Shown: positions 11,686 through 20,194 of the stretch, one piece after another
Layout: each line of letters begins with the position of its first letter
Position numbering within the stretch: the stretch's first letter is position 1
Origin: Bacteroidales bacterium
GTDB lineage: Bacteria; Bacteroidota; Bacteroidia; Bacteroidales; UBA1715
DNA length: 64,000 bases
NCBI GenBank assembly: GCA_024409235.1
Contig: JAKSUA010000003.1
Span: 137,309 to 201,308 of the forward strand
Direction: 5' to 3'
The notes under the pieces: generated by a model
The model's input: only the letters and a program-made list of their open reading frames with translations
Told to the model about the DNA's origin: nothing
Database searches by the model: none
Program-made: the position numbers and the translations under genes

Positions 11686-11693
11686 CAAAATTA
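11686..11693 (-). promoter_or_regulatory. -7 box (TAATTTTG on minus strand) upstream of the histidine kinase gene
   Basis: Perfect TAnnTTTG, 31 nt upstream of ATG 11655. Confidence 0.4.
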
Positions 11694-11747
11694 ACACTTT
11701 CGAGAAAATATTTTCATTAGAATAGTTGCAATTATAAAAAATACATT

Positions 11748-11755
11748 TATTTTTG
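11748..11755 (+). promoter_or_regulatory. -7 box (TATTTTTG) upstream of tRNA-Pro
   Basis: Perfect TAnnTTTG, 13 nt upstream of the mature tRNA 5' end. Confidence 0.45.
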
Positions 11756-11767
11756 CATCGGTTTTAA

Positions 11768-11841
11768 CGGGGTGTAGCTCAGTTGGCTAGAGTGCTTGGT
11801 TTGGGACCAAGATGTCACAGGTTCGAGTCCTGTTACCCCGA
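11768..11841 (+). tRNA. tRNA-Pro (anticodon TGG)
   Basis: CGGGGTGTAGCTCAGTTGG..., anticodon stem CTTGG/CCAAG with loop TTTGGGA, T-arm CAGGTTCGAGTCCTG, acceptor closes with TACCCCG. Confidence 0.9.
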
Positions 11842-11845
11842 CTGG

Positions 11846-11876
11846 AAGGACAAAATTTAATTTTGTCCTTTTTTTA
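11846..11876 (+). terminator. rho-independent terminator after tRNA-Pro
   Basis: 11-bp perfect stem AAGGACAAAAT/ATTTTGTCCTT with a 3-nt loop, followed by a T-run. Confidence 0.8.
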
Positions 11877-11886
11877 TGTCTTTAGG

Positions 11887-12549
11887 TTATCTCATTAGCA
11901 CTTCTGCAATCAATAAATCTTCTGGAGTTGTAATTTTTATATTGCGTGTATCACCTTTATAGAAATATAATTTTCCTCCAGCTAATTCCCATACAGTTGC
12001 TTCGTCAGTAAACTTAGGTTGATATTCACAATTCATTATTGTGCGAAGTTTCTCTAAATTAAATATCTGTGGTGTTTGAATTCTTTTTATTTTACTTCGA
12101 TCTACTGCATGTGTTTCGTTATTTTCAATAACTCTTAATGAGTCAATAGAATCAATAAAAGGAATTGCCGACTCATTTTTTTCTGCCATTTCAAAACCTT
12201 CTTTCAGCATTTCTTTCGAAACGAATGGACGCACTCCGTCATGAATAGCCACTGTACCGGAATCAGTTATGGCCGACAGTCCGTTAAAAACTGAGTAAAA
12301 TCGTTCTGCTCCTCCTGCTACTATTTTATGGGGAATGTTACAGTTATATTGTTTGCATAGCGTTTCCCAATACGATATCTGAAATTCTGGTAAAACTACT
12401 ATGCATTGAATTGAAGGATCAAAATTGTGAAAAGCCTCCAAACTGTGCATTAAAATAGGCTTTCCTTTTAACAACAGGAATTGTTTGGGAATGTCTTTTC
12501 CCATTCGTAATCCTTTACCTCCTGCAACTATTACTGCAAATCTTTTCAT
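11887..12549 (-). CDS. ispD: 2-C-methyl-D-erythritol 4-phosphate cytidylyltransferase
   Basis: 220 aa. N-terminal AVIVAGGKGLRMG...PKQFL motif and overall IspD-like length and pattern. Confidence 0.9.
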   Translation of the reverse strand: MKRFAVIVAGGKGLRMGKDIPKQFLLLKGKPILMHSLEAFHNFDPSIQCIVVLPEFQISYWETLCKQYNCNIPHKIVAGGAERFYSVFNGLSAITDSGTVAIHDGVRPFVSKEMLKEGFEMAEKNESAIPFIDSIDSLRVIENNETHAVDRSKIKRIQTPQIFNLEKLRTIMNCEYQPKFTDEATVWELAGGKLYFYKGDTRNIKITTPEDLLIAEVLMR

Positions 12550-12560
12550 CTTCTATAAAT

Positions 12561-12593
12561 AAAAAAGAGAGCACCTGACTGGTACTCTCTTTT
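12561..12593 (-). terminator. rho-independent terminator after secDF
   Basis: On the minus strand the stem is AGAGAGTAC/GTGCTCTCT (one G-U pair), followed by TTTTTT. Confidence 0.65.
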
Positions 12594-12613
12594 GTAATAA
12601 AATCAAATTTTTA

Positions 12614-15600
12614 TTAAGCTTCTTCTCCTTCGTTTTTCTTCATCAAAGCGTATGATACTGGAGATGCAACGAACAATGATGAATATGTACCGATGATAAC
12701 ACCGATTGCCATTGAGAATACGAAACCTTTGATTGCATCGGCACCGAAGATGAACATAATCAACAATGTAACGAATGTTGTCATAGAAGTATTAATTGTA
12801 CGGCTTACTGTACTGTTGATACCTTGGTTGAACAACATCTTAGTTCCACGTTTTGGATATTCACGGGTGAACTCACGAATACGGTCGAATACAACCACTG
12901 TATCGTTGATAGAGTAACCAATGATAGTCAAGATTGCTGCAACGAATGTTTGTCCAATTTCCAATGAGAATGGAACGATACCGTAAAGGATAGAATAAAC
13001 ACCGATTACGATGATAGTATCGTGGAACAATGCTACAACAGCTCCAACACCATATTGCCATTTTGAGAATCGTACGAAGATGTACAAAAACATACAGATT
13101 AATGCAATGATGATTGCTACGATTGCACCATAGATAATATCGTTTGCGATAGTAGGACCAACCATATCTGATTGTTTCAAGTTATTTTGTTTGAATGATT
13201 CTAATGTAACATCCTCACCTAAGAATGATTTCATTCCATTGAATAACTTTTCTTCTACTTCTGCACTGATGTCATGACCTTCGTCTGACTTTTCATTGAT
13301 TTTATAGTTAGTTGTAACTTTTATGTCTGTTGCACCGTATGTCTTTACTTCAGGAGCAGCACCATCAAATTGAACAGCTAAAGACTCTGCAATTGCTTCT
13401 ACTTTACGTTCACCTTGTAATTCAATAACGAATGAACGACCACCAGCGAAATCAACACCAACGTCGAAACCTCTAACTGCAATTGAAAGTAAGGAACCTA
13501 CAACCATGATACCAGAGATGATTGCTGTGATTTTTCCACTCTTAATGAAATCAATGTTTACATTCTTGAATGCACCGCGAGTTAAATTGCTGTCAAAAGA
13601 AATTTCTTTTTTCTTGTCTAAGAATCTTTCGAATATCAAACGAGTGATAAAGATTCCGCAGAATAAAGATGTTAAAATACCGATTAACAATGTTGTTGCG
13701 AAACCTTGGATAGGTCCAGTTCCGAAGATGAATAAAATCAAACCAGTCAAGAATGTTGTTACCTGACCGTCGATAATTGCTGAATATGCGTTTTTGAAAC
13801 CATCAGCGATTGACAATCTAACAGCTTTTCCTGATGCTAATTCTTCGCGGATACGTTCGTAAATAATTACGTTTGCATCGACTGCCATACCAAGAGTAAG
13901 AACGATACCGGCAATACCTGATAATGTTAAGACTGCTCCAAGTGATGCAAGTACACCGAAGATCAGGAATAAGTTTAATAATAATGCAGCACTTGCAACG
14001 AATCCGGCTTTTCTATAGTAGAAAATCATGTAAACAAGTACTAAGATGAATGCAAATACGAATGAAAGAATACCAGTGCTGATAGATTCCTTACCAAGTG
14101 AAGGACCAACGAATTCAGCATTCATAATGTGAGCACGAGCAGACAATTTACCTGATTTCAAAATGTTTGCTAAGTCGGTTGCTTGAGCAATAGTGAAATC
14201 ACCTGTAATAGATGAGATTCCATCACCAATTTCTCCTTGTACTGTTGGGTAAGAATATACATAACCATCAAGAACGATTGCAACTGAACGGCCAATGTTT
14301 TCTTTTGTTAAACGTTTCCATTCTTTTGCACCCTCGCTGTTCATTACCATACGGACGCTTGCTCCACCACCTTGATTTGAGAATTCTGGACGAGAGTCAA
14401 CTACTACATCACCTTCCAATGATGCGTGACCATCTAAGTCAACATCTTTTAGAGCAATAAGAGTGTAGATACCATTGTCAGCTTTTTTCGACCATGTTAA
14501 TTTTAATTCAGGAGCATTTTCCAACAAAACAGTTTTGATTTCAGGCATTGCCAATATTGAGTCAACCATGGCAACGTCTCTTGAACTTGCATAACCAACG
14601 ATTGGACCATAACCTAAACGGCCTTCACGGTCAACGTTTGGAGTTAAATATGCGAAGAATGGATTTGCTTTTTTGAATTCTTCAGCATTTTGAGCCATCA
14701 TCTGAGCTGAATCAACTGCAGCAGAATCGCTTTGCTGAATTTGTTCTTTTAATGATAATTCAGTGTTTTCTGCAGAATCTTTCTTTGCAACTTCTTCTGC
14801 AGCAACATCTTCTTTTGATTCAGAAACTTTGTTTAAAGCAGCAAGTGTATTGTTGATAGAGAACAAAATTTGGTAAACTTCAGCGTTGTTATATGTTTCC
14901 CAGAACTCTAATTGAGCAGAACTTTCCAAAAGTTCACGAACACGTTCGCGGTCTTCTACACCTGGAAGCTCAACAAGAATTCTACCACCACCAACGTTTT
15001 GAATGTTTGGTTGTGTAACACCGAAACGGTCGATACGAGTTCTCAACACGTTAAATGTGTTTTCTATTGCAGAAGTTTCTTCTGCTTCCAAAACGTCAAG
15101 AACTTCTTCATTAGTAGAGTTGTAGTTGATTTTACCCATCATGTCTTCATTTGCAACAAACATTGTACGCATGAAGTTATTAGGATATAATTTTTCGAAT
15201 GCTTTACCGAAAGCTGTGATGTATGTTTCACCTGCTTCTTGTTCGTATTTGTCAGCAAGATTCAATGTGTTAACCAACATTGTGTCTGCATCACCGTCAG
15301 AAGAAAGATTTTTAATTAAATCACGTGTTGAAATTTGAAGAGTTACGTTCATACCGCCCTTCAAGTCCAAACCAAGATTTAATTCATGTTGGTGACAGTC
15401 GTTCAAACTGAATTTTCTCAACCAAAAGAAGTTGTAGTAATCTTCTTGACGAGACAACGAGTCTAAATATTGTTTCTGATAAGCTGCGTATGCGATATTA
15501 TCATCGCCTGCCATTTCTTTGGCATATTTGTCAGCCTCACGATTTGCTTTAGATGTAAAATAAGTAAAAGATAGAGAATAAAGTGCTGCTAACACTAAGC

Positions 15601-15637
15601 AGACTGTAAATACGCGGACAAATCCTCTGTTTTGCAT
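12614..15637 (-). CDS. secDF: protein translocase subunit SecDF (fused SecD-SecF)
   Basis: 1007 aa. It has the large periplasmic domain and two 6-TM RND-like bundles (GIAGIVLTLGMAVDANVIIYERIREE; IIGYSINDTVVVFDRIRE). Confidence 0.95.
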   Translation of the reverse strand: MQNRGFVRVFTVCLVLAALYSLSFTYFTSKANREADKYAKEMAGDDNIAYAAYQKQYLDSLSRQEDYYNFFWLRKFSLNDCHQHELNLGLDLKGGMNVTLQISTRDLIKNLSSDGDADTMLVNTLNLADKYEQEAGETYITAFGKAFEKLYPNNFMRTMFVANEDMMGKINYNSTNEEVLDVLEAEETSAIENTFNVLRTRIDRFGVTQPNIQNVGGGRILVELPGVEDRERVRELLESSAQLEFWETYNNAEVYQILFSINNTLAALNKVSESKEDVAAEEVAKKDSAENTELSLKEQIQQSDSAAVDSAQMMAQNAEEFKKANPFFAYLTPNVDREGRLGYGPIVGYASSRDVAMVDSILAMPEIKTVLLENAPELKLTWSKKADNGIYTLIALKDVDLDGHASLEGDVVVDSRPEFSNQGGGASVRMVMNSEGAKEWKRLTKENIGRSVAIVLDGYVYSYPTVQGEIGDGISSITGDFTIAQATDLANILKSGKLSARAHIMNAEFVGPSLGKESISTGILSFVFAFILVLVYMIFYYRKAGFVASAALLLNLFLIFGVLASLGAVLTLSGIAGIVLTLGMAVDANVIIYERIREELASGKAVRLSIADGFKNAYSAIIDGQVTTFLTGLILFIFGTGPIQGFATTLLIGILTSLFCGIFITRLIFERFLDKKKEISFDSNLTRGAFKNVNIDFIKSGKITAIISGIMVVGSLLSIAVRGFDVGVDFAGGRSFVIELQGERKVEAIAESLAVQFDGAAPEVKTYGATDIKVTTNYKINEKSDEGHDISAEVEEKLFNGMKSFLGEDVTLESFKQNNLKQSDMVGPTIANDIIYGAIVAIIIALICMFLYIFVRFSKWQYGVGAVVALFHDTIIVIGVYSILYGIVPFSLEIGQTFVAAILTIIGYSINDTVVVFDRIREFTREYPKRGTKMLFNQGINSTVSRTINTSMTTFVTLLIMFIFGADAIKGFVFSMAIGVIIGTYSSLFVASPVSYALMKKNEGEEA

Positions 15638-15682
15638 TTCTTTATTATTTAAGTTAACTCAATTTTTAAAATTTCCAGACGG

Positions 15683-15690
15683 CAAATATA
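15683..15690 (-). promoter_or_regulatory. -7 box (TATATTTG on minus strand) upstream of secDF
   Basis: Perfect TAnnTTTG, 46 nt upstream of the secDF ATG. Confidence 0.35.
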
Positions 15691-15764
15691 TACTTTAATT
15701 CCGAATTAGTAACATTCGAAATAGAATTAATTTCCAGAATAAACTTGCCAAGTCACAGAGTTTT

Positions 15765-17132
15765 TTATTTCTGTAACTTTCTAAACGATTTTTTAGCAAA
15801 CTTAGGGAATGCTCGTTTTTTGCCCCAAGCATTTTTACCTAAGCATTTTGCTGCAAAGTTTTTCATTCCGCCACCAACGCAATCTATTCTACCTGACGAT
15901 TTAGTAAAGAATGTAAATCCATCAACCACAGGCTTTTCCAACGAAGAGAAATAACCTCCTTCAACTGCTACTTGACGATTTTCAAGAATCAAATCGTTTA
16001 ATGGCATTTTCACCGGACAAACACTTGCACAATTTGCGCACAAAGAACAAGCAGTACACAAATGCGCCAATTGGTCAAAGCCTTTCAAATGTGGAGAAAT
16101 AACTGTTCCGATTGGACCTTGATATGTTGTATCGTATGTATAACCACCAATGTTTTTATAGATAGGACACGCGTTCAAACACGCACCGCAACGGATACAA
16201 GTAAGGGCAACGCGGAATTTGTCTTGCTTATATATATTTGTACGACCGTTGTCCAACAAAATTACATACATTTTCTCTGGTCCGTGTGATTCATTGTCTT
16301 TCTTTGGACCACTGAACACAGAGCTGTATGCTGTAATTGGCTGACCTGTACCATTTTGTGCAAGATGAGGCCAAAACAAAGCCAAGTCTTTATACGAAGG
16401 GATTATCTTTTCTATACCAGCAATTGCAATCTGTATTTTCGGGAACGAAGTTGACATCAAAGCGTTTCCTTCGTTTTCTGTTACTGCAATAGCTCCTTTG
16501 TCGGCAACTATGAAATTTGCTCCTGTAATACCAGCATCGGCAGCAAGATATTTTTCTCTCAATTTTGCACGAGCAAGCATAGTCATTTCTTCTGCAGAAC
16601 TTTCCAATGGGAAACCAAAGTGTTTATTGAACAATTGTGCAACATCTGCCTTTGACTTATGCATAGCAGGAGTTACAATATGATACGGCTTTTCACCCGC
16701 AAGTTGTACGATATACTCTCCTAAATCGGTTTCGACAGACTCAACGCCTATTTTCTTTAAATTTTCGTTTAATTCGATTTCCTCTGTCGTCATCGATTTA
16801 CTTTTCACAATAGACTTAACATTGTTTTCTTGGAAAATCTTTGTGATATAAGCTATTGCATCGTCAGCAGTACGAGCCCAAAGAACAGTACCGCCATTAG
16901 CAGTAAAATTTTTTTCAAACTCTTGAAGATATTCTGCAAGATGCTCTATAGTATGGCGTTTAATAGCCGCTGCCTTTTCGCGAGTAGCTTCAAAACTTTG
17001 ATAGCGAGCCTTTCCTTTCGAAACAGCCGCATGATATTTACCCATATTGAACCGTATAGTTTTACGGTGTTTTTCGTCAAAAGACACACGAGCGGCGTCT
17101 ATTTGGAATTTTTTTGCCTTTTGTGTTGACAT
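15765..17132 (-). CDS. LutB/LldF-like iron-sulfur lactate-utilisation protein (LUD domain + 2x 4Fe-4S)
   Basis: CIRCGACLNACP and CSLCANCASVCP ferredoxin motifs plus the LUD/DUF162 region. ATG 17132 (MSTQKAKKF) is preferred over TTG 17153. Confidence 0.85.
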   Translation of the reverse strand: MSTQKAKKFQIDAARVSFDEKHRKTIRFNMGKYHAAVSKGKARYQSFEATREKAAAIKRHTIEHLAEYLQEFEKNFTANGGTVLWARTADDAIAYITKIFQENNVKSIVKSKSMTTEEIELNENLKKIGVESVETDLGEYIVQLAGEKPYHIVTPAMHKSKADVAQLFNKHFGFPLESSAEEMTMLARAKLREKYLAADAGITGANFIVADKGAIAVTENEGNALMSTSFPKIQIAIAGIEKIIPSYKDLALFWPHLAQNGTGQPITAYSSVFSGPKKDNESHGPEKMYVILLDNGRTNIYKQDKFRVALTCIRCGACLNACPIYKNIGGYTYDTTYQGPIGTVISPHLKGFDQLAHLCTACSLCANCASVCPVKMPLNDLILENRQVAVEGGYFSSLEKPVVDGFTFFTKSSGRIDCVGGGMKNFAAKCLGKNAWGKKRAFPKFAKKSFRKLQK

Positions 17133-17231
17133 AAGTACGATATTAAAAAGCAATAATTTCTGTTGTTTTCAAAATGAACGGCACAAAGATATAGTTTTTA
17201 TTTGTCATACAGATATAGAAAGAAGATAATA

Positions 17232-17561
17232 CTACCATAATGCAACTTTTCCAAAACTGCCAAAATCAATTGTAGCAGTTTTTGCACCAAGAGCCTTAAA
17301 AGCCTTCTCTATTGTAGAAAATGTCATATTCTTTCCTGATTCTATTTTTGAGACTTGTGCTTTATGTATTCCCATACGCTCTCCAAGTTCTTCTTGCGTA
17401 AGGTTTTCGCGCTTTCGTGCAATTTTAATTGCTTCACCAATACGATATGCGTGTAACGCTTCATCTACATTTTTCTCAAATTCATCACGATGTGGCGTTC
17501 CTACTTTGCCATAAAATTCATCAAGTAAATCATCAAAGTTTGTCAATTTCATTTTTGCCAT
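17232..17561 (-). CDS. XRE-family HTH antitoxin (HigA-like)
   Basis: The longest ORF extends to 17699, but ATG 17561 (MAKMKLTNFDDLLDEF...) gives a 109-aa protein with HTH LTQEELGERMGIHKAQVSKIESGK. It starts 11 nt after the toxin stop. Confidence 0.8.
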   Translation of the reverse strand: MAKMKLTNFDDLLDEFYGKVGTPHRDEFEKNVDEALHAYRIGEAIKIARKRENLTQEELGERMGIHKAQVSKIESGKNMTFSTIEKAFKALGAKTATIDFGSFGKVALW

Positions 17562-17572
17562 ATCATTACAAT

Positions 17573-17911
17573 TTATTTGTTGTTGAGATAATCTTTTCTT
17601 ATTCGTTCTGCTTTGCGTATTTCCTTTGGTGGTGTTTTTTGTGTCTTTTTTATTATCCCGTGTGTTGCAACTATCAATGTTTGAGAGTCCGTGTCCCAAA
17701 ACGCAAACAAACGATATGCTATTTTATTACATAATACCCGAAACTCCCATATCTCTGTATTTTCCAGTTTTTTGAAAATCTCACTATTCTTTTCTCCACC
17801 CTTTATTCTACCAATATTAAAAGCGAACTTATTTCTCGCTTGTTCCGGTATTGAGCGTAAAAACGCTGCTGCTTCATCCGTAAATAGGATGCAAACGTCT
17901 TCTTTTTCCAT
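17573..17911 (-). CDS. type II toxin, RelE/ParE superfamily, phage Gp49-like (HigB-like)
   Basis: ATG 17911 (MEKEDVCILF...) gives 112 aa. The IWEFRVLCNKIAYRLFAFWD...LIVATHGIIKKTQKTPPKEI pattern is typical of the Gp49/DUF891 toxin family. Gene order is toxin first. Confidence 0.8.
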   Translation of the reverse strand: MEKEDVCILFTDEAAAFLRSIPEQARNKFAFNIGRIKGGEKNSEIFKKLENTEIWEFRVLCNKIAYRLFAFWDTDSQTLIVATHGIIKKTQKTPPKEIRKAERIRKDYLNNK

Positions 17912-17929
17912 AATTTTCGGCTTCTTTTG

Positions 17930-17937
17930 CAAATATA
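17930..17937 (-). promoter_or_regulatory. -7 box (TATATTTG on minus strand) upstream of the toxin gene
   Basis: Perfect TAnnTTTG, 19 nt upstream of ATG 17911. It lies inside the longer annotated ORF, which supports the shorter start. Confidence 0.4.
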
Positions 17938-17989
17938 GAAAAGTTTCTGTAAATGGAAACTTTTTCTGCAAAATTCGTAATTATATGAA

Positions 17990-18020
17990 CAAAAAACGGC
18001 AATCCTTTCGGAATGCCGTT
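17990..18020 (-). terminator. rho-independent terminator after rpiB
   Basis: On the minus strand the stem is AACGGCATTCC/GGATTGCCGTT (one mismatch), followed by TTTTTT. Confidence 0.65.
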
Positions 18021-18045
18021 CTCCTATTTATGGTTTTATTTTTCT

Positions 18046-18483
18046 TTACAAATCTATTTTATTGATTCTATTCTCGTGGCGACCACCTTCGAAATCTGTA
18101 GATAAGAATGTTTGTGCAATACGCCAAGCATCTTGTGCAGGAATGAAACGTGCAGGAATTGCACAGATATTTGCATTGTTGTGAGCACGGGCTAATCGAG
18201 CAATTTCTTCGTTCCAACAAAGAGCAGAACGAACGCCTTTGTGTTTGTTCACCGTCATATTAACACCATTGCCAGAACCACAAAGCACAAAACCAAGCGG
18301 AAATTCGGCATTGCTGATTGCAGCACCTACCTTGTGTGCATAGTCAGGATAGTCCACTGACGCATCAGAATCTGTTCCATAATCAACGATTTCGTACCCT
18401 TCGTTTACTAATTGTTTCTTAATGAATTCCTTCATTTGAAAACCAGCATGGTCGCACGCAATTGCAATTTTTTTACTTTCCAT
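18046..18483 (-). CDS. rpiB: ribose-5-phosphate isomerase B
   Basis: 145 aa with CDHAGF, VLCGSGNGV and the C-terminal FEGGRHENRI motif of the RpiB/LacAB family. Confidence 0.93.
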   Translation of the reverse strand: MESKKIAIACDHAGFQMKEFIKKQLVNEGYEIVDYGTDSDASVDYPDYAHKVGAAISNAEFPLGFVLCGSGNGVNMTVNKHKGVRSALCWNEEIARLARAHNNANICAIPARFIPAQDAWRIAQTFLSTDFEGGRHENRINKIDL

Positions 18484-18504
18484 TCCTGTAATATCAATTT
18501 TCTA

Positions 18505-18512
18505 CAAAAATA
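18505..18512 (-). promoter_or_regulatory. -7 box (TATTTTTG on minus strand) upstream of rpiB
   Basis: Perfect TAnnTTTG, 22 nt upstream of ATG 18483. Confidence 0.4.
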
Positions 18513-18590
18513 GAGTTTTTGTATGTTTTTATGATTGCTTTCTCTAATAAATTTACAAAAACAAAATTTCTTTTGACGAAGTTTAGTGCT

Positions 18591-19043
18591 TTACCTATTA
18601 ATATAATAGTCATTTCGCCATTTGTTTCCACTTGTATTTTTCTCTTTCCAACTTGGATTTGGAGACATGAAATCCGCCATAATATTGTTTAACTCCGGAG
18701 TATAGGTTTCGTGTCCACAACCTGCAGAGTCAAGTTCCAGAGTATAATAATGAACGACTCTAACGCCATCGTCAAACACAAAGACAACAGAATCCTGAGT
18801 TGCAGGATGCACCATTCCCCATCTATCGATATCTGGAATTTCGACCACTTCGCCTGGTCCAACATATACACTCGTGGAACTTTCCTTCCATGGTTCAAAA
18901 CCATATTCAACTGTAACTCCACATTCGGTTACATTATTAAGAAAAGAACGTCCTGTCCGTTTTTCACAAGAACCCCAAAATATCAGCGACATCACAACTA
19001 ATACATACCATAATTTGCCATTTGACAATACATGCTGTTTCAT
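18591..19043 (-). CDS. hypothetical lipoprotein
   Basis: 150-aa ORF with a lipoprotein-type signal (LIFWGSC). No recognised motif. Confidence 0.5.
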   Translation of the reverse strand: MKQHVLSNGKLWYVLVVMSLIFWGSCEKRTGRSFLNNVTECGVTVEYGFEPWKESSTSVYVGPGEVVEIPDIDRWGMVHPATQDSVVFVFDDGVRVVHYYTLELDSAGCGHETYTPELNNIMADFMSPNPSWKEKNTSGNKWRNDYYINR

Positions 19044-19119
19044 ATTCTTCCTTTTAATTTAACTGTTACAAATATGCAATTTCTATTCCAATTTAATTAT
19101 CTATAAAAATCATCTTGAA

Positions 19120-19147
19120 AAAAATATATCGTTTGCGATATATTTTT
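19120..19147. promoter_or_regulatory. perfect 12-bp inverted repeat, candidate OhrR/MarR operator
   Basis: AAAAATATATCG-tttg-CGATATATTTTT, arms 19120..19131 and 19136..19147. It abuts and overlaps the -7 box of the gpx operon. Confidence 0.55.
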
Positions 19148-19154
19148 ATTTTTG
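19147..19154 (+). promoter_or_regulatory. -7 box (TATTTTTG) upstream of gpx
   Basis: Perfect TAnnTTTG, 14 nt before ATG 19168. Confidence 0.45.
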
Positions 19155-19167
19155 CAAAAAATTACTT

Positions 19168-19719
19168 ATGAATTTATACGAAATAAACGTCACAAAACGT
19201 GAGAACATGCAAGATGTTACTGTATCTTTGGAAGAATACAGAAACAATGTACTACTAATAGTAAATACAGCAACCGGATGTGGACTAACTCCCCAATACG
19301 AAGCGTTAGAAAAACTGTATAGAAAACATAAAGATCAAGGATTTGTCGTGCTCGACTTTCCTTGCAATCAATTTATGGAACAAGCAAAACAAGACGATGA
19401 AGGAATCACACAATTTTGCACTTTGAAATACGACACAACCTTCCCTCGCTTCAAAAAAATTGAAGTAAATGGAGAAAACGAGCATGTGTTATACACCTAT
19501 TTAAAATCACAACAACAGAAACGAGAAGGAAAAGGAAGTTTCTTCATGAATTTCATGATTTCAATAACATCTCGCATAAACGGGAAAAGCAAGAAAGACA
19601 CCGACATTAAATGGAACTTCGAAAAATTCCTAATCGACCGTAATGGTAACGTTGTAAAACGCTTTGACCCAACTGTCACACCTGAGCAAATAGAATCATT
19701 TCTGGAAAAAATCCTGTAA
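19168..19719 (+). CDS. glutathione peroxidase family protein (Cys-type)
   Basis: LIVNTATGCGLTPQY active-site motif, FPCNQF, and WNFEKFLIDRNG, the three GPx signature blocks. Confidence 0.9.
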   Translation: MNLYEINVTKRENMQDVTVSLEEYRNNVLLIVNTATGCGLTPQYEALEKLYRKHKDQGFVVLDFPCNQFMEQAKQDDEGITQFCTLKYDTTFPRFKKIEVNGENEHVLYTYLKSQQQKREGKGSFFMNFMISITSRINGKSKKDTDIKWNFEKFLIDRNGNVVKRFDPTVTPEQIESFLEKIL

Positions 19720-19722
19720 TCA

Positions 19723-19986
19723 ATGAAAGAAAAAATTAAAGCATTTTTGTCGAAGTTCTCATTTAGAACAGGAGTTATAGTATTAGCACTTTGTATTCCA
19801 TGCTACATTTTTTCATTTGCACAAATGGCTCTACCTATTAGTGTTGAAACCAAAGGTGTGTTATGGTTTATATTTTTCGGCCTTGCAAAAACATTCCAAT
19901 ATGGTGGCCTAACAATATTGGGAGTGGAAGGTTGGAAACGTCTAAAATCAAAATTTACAAGAAATAAAACTCAATCGGGTATTTAA
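19723..19986 (+). CDS. small membrane protein (resembles the 'transporter suffix domain' family; tentative)
   Basis: 87 aa with two hydrophobic helices and a GVEGWKRLK tail. Starts 3 nt after the gpx stop. Confidence 0.5.
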   Translation: MKEKIKAFLSKFSFRTGVIVLALCIPCYIFSFAQMALPISVETKGVLWFIFFGLAKTFQYGGLTILGVEGWKRLKSKFTRNKTQSGI

Positions 19987-20003
19987 TCTTAAAAGTTACA
20001 AAT

Positions 20004-20192
20004 ATGGAAACACAAGAAAAACCTTGCGCAAATTGCAAACTAAGAGCGAAGTACGACAACAACCCAAAATCTTTGGGTGGAAGATTCTGGAGATGGCACA
20101 TCAATTTCTGTCCAGGTTGGAAAGGATATCTTCAATCGTTATCAGAAGAAGAACGCAGCGCTATTTGTGAAAAATATAATTATAAAAAATAG
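20004..20192 (+). CDS. small Cys-rich protein (CxxC...C...C), unknown function
   Basis: 62 aa: PCANCKLRAKYDNNPKSLGGRFWRWHINFCPGWKGY...AICEKY. It sits between the membrane protein and ohrR, and its stop is 2 nt before the ohrR ATG. Confidence 0.5.
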   Translation: METQEKPCANCKLRAKYDNNPKSLGGRFWRWHINFCPGWKGYLQSLSEEERSAICEKYNYKK

Positions 20193-20194
20193 TA

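Noticed and set aside
17429-18065. Plus-strand ORFs (17429..17734, 17691..18065) and the long 5' extensions of both TA genes.
   Set aside because: They lie opposite or upstream of a well-formed toxin-antitoxin pair. The extensions encode low-complexity K/N/T-rich sequence and would bury the -7 box at 17930..17937.
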